A stretch of 64,000 nucleotides of DNA. Origin: Phallusia mammillata (lineage: Eukaryota). The stretch lies in assembly GCA_965637545.1 (NCBI GenBank), contig OZ281494.1, positions 8,556,001 through 8,620,000 on the forward strand, given 5' to 3'. Shown one piece after another: positions 41,301-53,300 of this stretch (its first letter is position 1; each line of letters starts with the position of its first letter). The notes under the pieces are model-generated. The model did no database searches. It worked only from the letters and a program-made list of their open reading frames with translations, and had not been told where the DNA came from. A program made the translations under genes and the position numbers.

Positions 41301-44300
41301 TTATTTATTTAGATTTGAACGCGAAAATAAATATTTGATTTTTCATTTGGGTGTTGGTCGTCAGGTTGAGGAATTGTCGAAGTTGGAGGCTGAACACATT
41401 CGCGAACAAAGGATGTTGGACGAAGAGATGAAGAAAGAAGAAGAAAAATGCGAGTTTCATTTTATTTAATTTCATCAATGTTTTTGACTACTACACATGA
41501 TACCGAAATTGCCTCACGTCAGCAGAATCTTAGTCAAGCCATTCCGTTATATGCTGACTTGGTTTGATCTTGCCAAATAATAGCTGCATTAAAATCTTAG
41601 ATAGCACTGTCAAAAACTATAGATGACTTGACAAATATGTGTATCTTCTAGCTGTATCTATTATAACAAGCCGACGTTTCTATTTTAACAATAGATGAAT
41701 GTTACATTATCTTTTTTCATTTCTTCAAACAATCTTCTATAAAAACAGTTTTATGCATATTTATATCAAGACCAAGTATGATTTTTCCAATGGAGTTCTA
41801 AACACTGGACAAGAAAATTTGTTGATTTTGTAGGCTACATTTTTTGACTTGGTTGTTAAAATGGAAGTGAAAGAAACCAAACGAACAATTATATTTTTCT
41901 TGCAGTGGCGAAGGAGATTGCCGACAGAAGTGACGAACAGGCTCAACTTCAACTGGCAGCAGCAGCCAGCAGAGCTCAAACCGAAGCACAGGAACGAAAT
42001 CTTAGCGAAAAACAGACACAGAAACTTATCAAGGAATATCAAAAGCAGGCAAGTACCGATGTACTGCACCATGTGTTCTTCTTAAACAGTAACATAATGT
42101 TATAAACTTTTCTACTCTGTACATGGCTTTAAATTAATAAATAAAATTGTTTCTAAGTAAAAAAGTATGAATAGAGGATCACATGTTTCCATATACGTAG
42201 GTTAAATGCCTTTATAGACCGGCGTATAGTATGGCACCAAGCAAATAATTCCATATTACCAAACGAACAGCCTGAAACTTTATTTCAAAAACTGAGAAAT
42301 AATGTCTTTCAAACCCATTGATATCTATACTGGCAACTTCAAAATGCAGTACAAACTAGGTTTAACTCTCTATTGTTAAACTGGCAAATATGTGACCTGT
42401 CTATTTCGGCGTAAAAGCGTTTGAACTACCACCCATGCAACTTGGCCTGGACGTAATAATTGCTTCAAACATATTATGGTTTACGTTGCAGCATTTTTGC
42501 CGGCCTATAACCCCTTATCAGCATAATTCTCGCATCATAGAGCAATGCGGTGAACCGCGCGCGATAACGTAAGACGCGACGCATACAAACCAAAACCAAA
42601 CCATTGTTAATTTTGTTTCTCAAAAACGTATTTTCGTCTGCTGCCTTCAGGGCAAATTACGTGCACTGAATGCTTAGCCATGTATGTGCTTATTTTTACG
42701 CCCACACACGGGGTTATGTACGTATTTTCTGCCTTGTGATAATACCTGACGGATCAAACTTTTGTGGTGGGGAAGTTTATGAACTAAACTCAAACTCTAA
42801 TTGTGGTGATTAGAATCTGCGAACATGTAATATTTCGACCTCGCGGTCCTAATTCATGGACTAGGAATTTATAGGCTATAAAATACTGTATATTCCAAAA
42901 ACAAACAAAACATTAACGTTCAGGGAGTATTCCGGCAAAACTGTGCGAAAATTTGCGATATTTGTAATGACGATGTATACGGCTGTCAGACTTAACGTAG
43001 GCTTTCGTGGAATTTCCACCACATCTGGCTTTAAGTGCCGTATTTCCCAAATTGGATTCCATCAAAATTAAGTACCACTCATAAGCCAGAATGTATGCTT
43101 TAATGAGCACATGCTACCTTGGTTGTGATGTCACCAGCATGACACAATAATTAGACCATATGGCCTTGTACGTAAACATACAAACGAACGCATGTTTGGA
43201 TCAATGCGTTTTGTGTATGCTGTAAACTGCCACTTTAGGAACCAATTTGTGAAATACCTGATGTTTAAAATCGCGTAAAATTGGTTTCAACTGTTTTTTT
43301 GAAATTTAGGCATCAAAGTTCGAACACTGAAATCATATTTTACATTTTGTCATATTTGGCGCAAGAAAATGGTAATCTGGATAATAATTTGAAAACAAGA
43401 AGCCTAAGTTTGCTTGTTCAATTGCACAGTTAAACTTACAGCTTACTTTGCTCGTTCAATTGTACAGTTAAACTTACAGCTTCGCAGCTTTTCGGAGATA
43501 TTTTTTTGGTATTTACATGTATATTGTCTATGTAGGCCGAATCTCTCAACTCGTCACTTGCCAGCGAAAAGAAACGGCAATTAGAAGCAATGAAGGAAAA
43601 AATGAAGAAACGACGCGATAATAAGGAGAAACATCTCACTGAAAAGCAACAGGTTCGCCAAAATTTGCATAACTTTGATGCACTTTCTAGTTTACTGGTG
43701 TTAAATTGACTTCTGTTCGTCATCCCCATGTGTATATTTAACACAATAACATTCAAAAGCATTCACCAATCTTTTGACACATCATTGAAACGGACGTCTC
43801 TGCTTGCTACAGGCAGTTGCTTTAAGACTTTTGACTGAAAGCCCTTGCGTTTCTTATCTTTGCTTTTATTGTGTCGCTGTTTGCTTTTCGCCTCTTTTTT
43901 GTTTTGTTTTATTTGAGCTAAATTTTGGAGTGTTATTACCCTGATGAAGGCGACCTGAATATAGGACGTTGAAGCGTCGGTTAAAATATTACATTTGTCA
44001 GAATAGCATTATTTAGTTTACATTAAAGCATGGTTTCCTTGAAATTAAAACTTTACTGTTATAATAAAAGAATTCTCAGTGGCTTGTATTAGGAAACAAT
44101 ATGTCAGCTAGAATATGTCTTTATATGTGACTGAAATCGTCTGTTGAAAATCCTTGGATCTGGACGATTTCTGTATTAGCGCATCTTTAATTTCTAAAAA
44201 AAACTTTTCATGACATGAGCTCAAAAAAAATCAACTCATAAAGTGTTCCTTTTCCAGGCAATCGTTGAGGAGGACATGGTCGCACTGAAGTCGCAGAGGG

Positions 44301-47300
44301 ACGCTGAAGCTTCAAACAAAATGCGACAGAAAGAAAAGAACGCCGTCGCTGCGGTGGTGACGTCAGGTGATGACGTGCCCCTCGACAAGCTGGTGCGTGA
44401 CGTACTGCTTCCACGTCACTTGCGCGAAATGGCGAGTCTCTCTGACCGTCTACAACGGGAGATGGAAGCCACAAAGAGCAAAGCAAAAGCCAAGGTGGGT
44501 TGGACCAAAGAAAATAAAAATCGAAGTATAATTGTGCATATTAGGGCAAGGAAATGTAATAGATTGGGACAAACGTTGTTTTAAGCTTTATTATATTATT
44601 TTTTATTCTGTTCGTGAATCAAAAGGATTGGAACTGTGTATCTATTAGTGGAAATGTAAGGCCTGGGGGATTTTTGTATCATATTTAAATGTAGACCTGG
44701 GGGATCTTTTTATCATATTTAAAAAACTGGCCACATAAAAAAAAACGGTTTAAGCAGAAGAATATAGAATAATTCTTGCTATTTAACATTTATAAAAAAA
44801 AATCGAGGAAATTAATAAAGGTGTCGTCTAGACGTTTAAATTGTTTCCGGCATGACAAGTTTGTGTTTTCAGGCGGTTTCATTCCACGCGGATGTGGCAA
44901 AAAATTCCATGGAAAGTTTTCACCTTTTTTTGTAGTACCAGGAAAAAAATCCTAAAAACTTCCCCACGAGTCTTGGCACTGATAAATGATTTACGTTTAA
45001 GTTTCGGTATGACGTCATAAAAAGTACAATGACGTCATATTTCTGTTCTCTCCCAACTTGCGCTATTTTTTGTAATCGTGTATTCGGATTACGTGATTCC
45101 AGTGTTGTTTTTCACTCAGGCTTCCGTCGAACGAACTGAGATGCGCGACAACATACTGACTCAGCACGAGGAGCAGGTCAAGGAGTTTTTGCTGAGTCAC
45201 GCCGGTGAGCCAGCGGGCAAAGTCATGAAGATGAAGAAAAAACTTGAAGCGAAACAAGAGAAAGGTAGGAAAATCTGCGTTTTTGCACGCTTTGTTCAGC
45301 AATGTAATTTTGTTTCTGTTGTAAAATTATGGCAAAATCGGTGGTAGAAATCTGTTGACACCACTAAAACGTTACTGAACTACTTTAGGTGTTCCCTGCC
45401 AAATAAACAGCGCTGATCGAAAAGGGTGTTTTAGGAGAGCAAATAAAGTCTTTTCAATGAAACTTCGCCTACAAAATTTGTTGGTTCCAGTTTTCAACCA
45501 AGTAAATTGAAAAAAATATGATCACTGCAATAGGTTCAATTTTCTCTGATTGTCCAAAGCAGTGGTTCCTTATCTTTAGCGACCAATTTCTCTCATTACA
45601 ACTAAAGCATTTCATTTCTTCCAAATATACTACAAAGTAGATGCCAAACCATTTGACTATTTGAAATCGGATCGTTTATCAACTTTACTGGTCATGTTCC
45701 CATAGCTTAAGTGTCCATTTACAAACCACATGTGCAAGTTAAAAGAGATTCCTTGGGTTTGTAGTAAATTGAGACTCCTTGTTGTGCAGAACTGGCCGAA
45801 TTTGACAAGGAAACCGAAGTGATGATTGCAACAGCTGTGAAAGCGGCTTGTGCATCACTGGCAATCGACCAAGCGGAACGCAAACTGGAATTGCGCGAAC
45901 AACATTTGAAGGAGTTAGCCGATACCATGAGAAGCCTGAACCCGGAAGAGGCAAGATGACGTTGTTGCTATAAAAGTGTCGACATACAGACATTTATATT
46001 GCAGGAACAATTGTTAATTACATGAAAATCCATAACAAACAAGTTTTTTTGTACGATTAGTTTCTGTGCTCTCAAAATTTTTATTTTCTTGTTATTGGTT
46101 GGGGGGAAAGGGGGGGTACAAAGGTCAAAATACGTCACTTTATCATCTCTTTTCAATTTGCCTAATTTTACCCTATTTTTCATTTTTCGTATTGGTTTGT
46201 CGTTAGCGATATAAAAAACATTTTCTGGTATTAATTAAACTTCTCAGGCCCGAATCGTCGTAAAAAACACATGCTTAAATCAAATCAAACACATTGTCAG
46301 CAATACATGCCATCATCACAATTACAATAGGGTTTGCACGGCGACGTAGAAATCGAAGATGAAAAACGCGAAATATTGAGATAAGATACGAAATGTAATT
46401 TCCTTAACCTAAACTTACTAAAAAAATAAATTTATATCAGATGAGTAAAATAGAAACCGTTTTTAATGTACTTTTGTGATTTTCTCTTATTTTGCTCGTC
46501 TCATGCAGGCATTGATGCACAAATACGGCGAAGAAGCTGCTTTCGCGGCGGATGAAGCCAGGAAATTCCGCGAACAGAAGAAACAGGAGATTGACACAAA
46601 GATCCAGCAGTTGAAGAGTGAGAAGAGGAAGAAAGAGAAAAAAGGTGGCATCCGGACTTTTGACCTAGTTTGGTTATATGAATTATTTTGTATTAGCTAA
46701 AAAGCTTCTGTAAGCATGAACTTGCTATAACAACATTAAAATTTTACCTTACCGAAGTTTTCTCAAACTGTGTGTCGTGAGAGATTTCCAAATGTGTCGG
46801 AAAATAATCCCTATCTTAAAGTACAAACATTCCCTGGTGTTTTAGGACTTCATCACAAAATACTGGTTTGCATGACAATGTTTCAAATCTCATAGTTTTG
46901 TTATTGGTAATAAAAAGCATCCTTGTCCACCAGAATAAAGTGAAAAATACCTTTTACACCAAAGTATAAACAAGATTTGTTGCAAAAAAAAGAATATAAA
47001 AGTTGACGTAAAGTAAGACTTATGACAACAAAAATAAACTAATGGCATCGAAACGAATTCATTTTCGCTGTAGCGAACAAACACATCGCCGATGAAGTGG
47101 ATGCTCTCACTAGGGAGCTCTCGGACACATCCATAAGGATCCAGCGGGAGGAGGATCAGAGGTTGCAGAAGAGCGCGGAGTCGAGCATGAAAGATGCGGA
47201 GCGCAGGGAGCAGGAGATCCTTGCCTCCGATCTCACACAAGATGAAAAAGATAAACTGCTGAAGGAACATCATGAAAGCGTCAAAAAAATTGAGGTAATA

Positions 47301-50300
47301 TGCTAAGGACGTGTTGTCGCATAATGGTTGGGGTTTGGTATTTAAGTTCTGAAAGATACCCGTAAAACACTTACAGCGTTTTTTGCATATTGTTTTGGAA
47401 AAGAGATTCCTAATTTTATCGGTGGGTCGGGTATTTTGTTAAAAAAAGCTTTGTTTGAACTTAAGTTTATTAAAACATTGAGTGATTTGTCATTTTGAAT
47501 CTATGGTTAATATTCCTCTATTGATTCTATTTTAATAAGCTACTGATAATGCTGTTAAGGCGAAATATATATGTCTAAAAATCTTACGGACAAATAACTG
47601 TTCGTTTTTTAACGTAAATCTGCTGACCAGAGTTATCCCAGTAATCATCTACCAAGCAACGAGCTTATAAGTTACGTTAAACAGATAAAATGCAATGACA
47701 AACTTTGGTATCATAGAAATATACGTCTATACACATAAATATTTACTTGAAAAACGCAAGAAAAGAGAAACATTTTGGCGCTAGCTTAGTGTGAATTTAA
47801 AACATCGCAAAGCCATTAATCGGTAAAATTTTCCATCTAACTATTTGTCGCAACATACAACATCTATGGAAATACCCTCATAATGATGTAAGTAGCCGCC
47901 TATGTTTACATGATATTGATTCAATGAATCACGAACTCATGTGAGGAAATCACCATGAAACATCGATCAAAACCTTGAGAAATGACAAACTGGAGTTGTA
48001 ATTCAATTTTTGTCTGTCGAAATTTGTTTTGGGCGTTTTCAAAAATCCTTGTTGGTAGGATTTAAAACCAGATAGTTTTTTCTAAATATAACCTTAAAAT
48101 TTGTCGAAAACTCGCTTTAAGCATGATCAGCTTCCGGTAAAAAAATTCCAAACTTCGTTCTTCGCGCATTTCTTTATGACGCAACAATAGAAATATGTTA
48201 GGTGGAAGGGCGGTTTTGAGTCAAATATGACCGTGTCTATTCTATTGATCACAACTTCTCAAGCGAAGCCAAGCAAAAAACGTAAAGATTTTTTTAGACG
48301 TTTTAATCAATGGTTATGTATATGAACTGTCAACACCTATTACGTGCCCACCCACACAACGTACAAAAATATTTTTTTAACCAATTGTGTTTCTTTATCA
48401 TTTCTATTTTCATTAAATCGGAGAATACGTAATATGGCAAAAATAGCCAGAGAAATAAGGTTGAAAACGCGTTTGTGTTGATTTTAGTTGACATTTAAGG
48501 TTCTTAACTTTCGTAACCGTATTTGATAAAATCGTCGCTGAATTAATCGCATTTATCATGCAAACGTTTTAGAGGTTGAAGCTGGAACCTATGTGTGACA
48601 GAATAATACATCGAGTATATACTCTCAATCCGTCAGTTACAAAAATCACGAAATTCTTACTTGATCGTGCAAAAAAATACAGTTTGGTTAATCACTACCA
48701 AACTTCAAATGGAAATTGGTGGTAAACCGTAACATAGTAAATGACCTTTTAACCGGTTGGCATTCGAACACTTGACTTAATAACCCATGTTTTTTTCCGT
48801 TTTTTTAACGAAACTGTTCAACAATGATAATTTAATGACGTGGCAATAAAAATATAATTTGGCTTTATTTTTTGATACTTATCATCCAAAACAAACAACA
48901 TCAGTTTAATGGTAAAAATAACGGCCCAAATAGACGTAAAAAGCGACATGCTTGATATCACTGATGATGGCATGAGCATTTGCCGAAACGTTTGAACAAT
49001 AAAGCATGTCGCTTTTTACGTCTATTTGGGCCGTTATTTTTACCATTAAACTTATGAACAGATCCGTATATAGTGTTTCAAACAACATCATTTTTTTATT
49101 CAGGCAAACCTTGCAGCTGAACGTCAGCGCTCCAAAGATGAGCTGAAGAAGAAATTGGAGGAGAGACGCAGAAGGAAACAAGAAGAGCTTAAGTCGAAAG
49201 CGATGAGCAAACTAGACGCCGAAGAAGCGGAACAGATGATCAAGATCGTGGAAGACGGAAAACGAGATATGGAAAAGACGGAGAAGATGTTGCTCGCCAC
49301 ACAGGAAGTTGTCAGGTGGATTAAGAAGCCTTTAAAATTGTACCATTTTAAAACGTTTTATAAAATGTACATGATTGGGTTTAAGGAATTGGTAGTAGTC
49401 GTATTAACACAATTTCTTTTCATTCAAACTACCCACCGACTGGTCCCACCAACGTTTCCCCCCAGGTCCCAGTCGTGTTATACTCACAGTGCGCCAAACT
49501 CACTCTCTTATGAGCTCCCGCCGTATAACGCATCATAATACGGTGTAGCTGCAGTGCGTTTAGCCTTGATCCACTCCACTGTTTTGCGCTTCATAACGTT
49601 TTAACGTTGCGCTATTTCCGGCTTGGTGATTGTTTTAGTGCAACTGTGTCGCTATGTGTTATTTCACCAAGCGAAATAAACTTAACTCGACTTTTCCGCT
49701 TTGTATGCTAATTCAACATTTTGAATGATTCTTTTTGTCACAGCTCACGTGACGATAAAGATGACAGCTCGGACAGTTCTGACTCCGACGAAGGGGAATC
49801 CCCGACCTATGCACAGACGAATATTATCGCCGGAATACCGATGATGGCAGGTGCTGTGCCCGCTGAATGGAATACAATGCTACAGAATTCTGACTTCTTC
49901 AAGGTAAACCACATAAAATGCTACAGAATTCTGACTTCTTCAAGTTAAACCACATAAAAAACTAGTTGAGCCGTCGCTAATGAAAACAGTATGTGGTATT
50001 TAACACCGACTGGAGTTGCGTTTTTGCTGAGTAGTGTTAAGAGGTCAGAATTTGTTCTTACCTTTTTAAACGTTTTTGCAAAAGGGTGCTTGTATAACTG
50101 TAAAACACGATTTAAACCGGTCTGTTTTACTGAGTTAAACGGTTTTGTGATGTAAAGCGTCCTTGTAAACAATCATAGAAAAAAAAACGTTTAAACGATT
50201 GAGATCTTAGAGAATCAAATGTTTTGTGTTGAAAATAAGGAATAAACAGAAGAAATTGCAACCAAATAGATGTTTGGTTGACATTAATGTCCCCTTTTTG

Positions 50301-53300
50301 GTTTGTCTTTTCTACAGCAACTACAGGAAATGGAAGAACGACTTCAGGTCCATCTGAAACCGGGCGATGCAAAAGTCAAGGGATCAACATCGACACCCTT
50401 CATTGACATACAGGTGCGTTTGTTAAAAGGACTATACACAAACCAGCGACCGTACAACCATACATAATATGTCCCCCAGATGTGCATTCAAATATACAGT
50501 GTGCCACATGGCAAGCAAACGTATAAGCGTTATATTGCAAGTTTTAGTGAACACATCGCCTGTTGTTAAAGATATCCTTTGTTAAAGATAAAGATATCCG
50601 ATATATGCGACTGTCACTAGATAAAATGTTATGCGTGTTCTAGCATTAAGCAATGACAACTAATTTTGTCACTGAGATAAAAAATTACGAAGTGATTATT
50701 TCGTGCAGGATGCACAATGGATGTTGCAAGGGGAACTTGTGCCGGCTGAGATCAACCAACTCACACCGAGTCAGTTCGTCGTTTACAGATTCGGAGTGTT
50801 TGTTGCAAGAATGCTGCAGAATGTACTGGAGGCAAGTACTGCATTGTGACTCCTAAACCCCGTTTGTAAAAAACTGAAGGAATTGCGAAAGATTATTTTT
50901 CAACAAAACGACAAAAAGCTGCTTTATTTATTTAAAGTGCTTTTTGTGAAAAAAAGAGACTTACAATAGAAACATTAACAACCGCAACATTATGTTTTTA
51001 AACAACTTTTTTTTTGTTAATATAAGACCAAACCTTGTCCAACACGTTGTAACTTTAAGTCATTTCAGTGTTTGGGTCAAAAAAGTCACGAGCAATTACA
51101 AAAACCTTTTCACCATCCCCTACCTTTATTCCTCTTTAAATATGTTTACATTTCATACTTACTGATGTGCAAAAAGTATTATGACCATCTCACGACCCAA
51201 GCCTCAAACATAAAAAAATGTAACAATTTCGAGGCCACGTCGTGGCCGCACTGGAGTCTGCCCATGTCAAAATGGCTGCAGGTTTAACGAGTTCGATTCC
51301 ACAATACCACATAACACAACACACATTGTGGCATTGCAGCACCATGATCATTGATAGAAGTGAATCCCAAATCTAAAAAAGGTTCCTTGTACGAATACTT
51401 ACTAATCCTTAAACTGTATCTGTTACATCTCCACGTTCAGTTTCGCATGATTAACTTTTATTCCCCGTACTATGACGTAACAATCGCCATGTGCGTAACA
51501 GTACAATTTGAAGGCTATTGTCGGTATTTTGCAATGATTAGTTCGTTTTACTGTACAACGTGGTCGAGTGAGTGGACTTTACTACTACTACATTAAGTAA
51601 ATTCGTTTGTTTTTACTTAATGCAGTAATAGTTTGTTTGGGTAGAATTGAACCACCATAGCGCGACCCATTTTTTGAACCTGCGCGACCCACGTTTGGGT
51701 CGCGACCCATACTTTGAGAACCACTGCCCTAGCTCATAACATTTAAACGTTGAGTAATCGACTTCTAACATTTAGACTGAGGAAGTCACTCTTCTTCTCG
51801 CTAACAACCTTCCCGCAAACAACTATGATCGCAACGCATTCCGCCAGTCATTCTTTTACCAACGGGCTCGTCGTATGCTCTTTGTACGAGCCGATCGCCT
51901 CACATCGGTTGGTGACTTCGTAATGGTGGTCATCCATTGCATGGCACACATCGCTGTGGGTCAACTGGACGATGATTCTGATCCATATTTCCTCCGTGCA
52001 TTTTACAAGGTCAGTAGCGTGCCATATTAGTACATTAATTACTCTACAAGGCCACAAAATGCATTACTTTTCGATTGCCTTAAACGAAACATTACTTGAA
52101 AATTTAAACCTTTCTGCATCGAACGTCCAACAACTTGGTCCAAACAGGTCCATTTAATAAAACCTTTCCGACAATTTAGTGTGTAATATTATTTAATTGG
52201 AGTGGGTTCGAATCCCACCACATCAGGCTAGATTTTTCTAGTCAGTTCTTTGCCGTATGGAATGCTTGGAGATTGGTTGATTCGGTATAACGCCATCAAT
52301 AGGCCTGGCGTGAAATTTCACTGAGAAGAGTTTATTGTTTGCTAAAGCGATGCTTCCCAGGGGCCGGCATGTCAGTTTTCATGTTATATATTGTTATATG
52401 TTCCATTTATGACTGTGAAAATGAGATGAACGCTGGGGTTAAATTGAAGGAGTTTCTATGTCGAACAAAATTGAAAGCTTCGGAGCATAGTCAGCTCGAC
52501 CAAATTGTAATACCATGTCTGTTGTCTTTTTCATGTTGTACTTGTTGCTATAGGTACTGTGATGTCACGACATTACAATAAATCCTGTAAATTTGTGCGT
52601 CATGTCCCAAACTATAATAAGCTTAAATGCACCCAGCCAATAAACAATAAGTAAGCTGCTAATTGGGCACACTGTTTCGACCCGTAAGGCAGCATTAGTG
52701 GAGCTGGTAAACAAAACATAGGCCGGATTGGCTAAAGTATAGACACCTAACCGCTTGGTTGGGAGTAAAATTAAAGCGAATAGTGATTTTCGCGTCGTTA
52801 CTTGAGGTCTTAAACGGCTCACTTCGCTTGCCATATTTCTAACGCCTTAAACACTTTACAGGCGCTCAAAGCCTCCTGCGAGGACATGTTCTTCTCACGT
52901 GCTCGCGTTGCCAGCCAATCAGCTTCGAGCAATGGCGGCGCGTTGGACGTGGCTCCACTCGAAACGGCTCAAGGATTGGAAACGAAACTCCACGTGCTGG
53001 ATGATTTAATTGACGTCAACGTCTTCACGCCAGTATCAACAAACTTCACCAAACAAGTATGTGATTCATAAAAAAGTACAAAGGGGAATTCCCACCGGCG
53101 GTGGTTTACGTGCATTGATAAATCTCCGTGTTAAGTGCATGGAAACTTAAAAACTGTGCTGTTCATTGAGTATACACAATGCAATGATTTATGTGGTATG
53201 ATGGGGTTAAGAATTTTTAAGCCGTGTTTTTTTTAGAAACGATGGCTAATTAACAATTTTATTAAGATTTACGAAGCATCTACCTTCCGCCAAGTATGTG

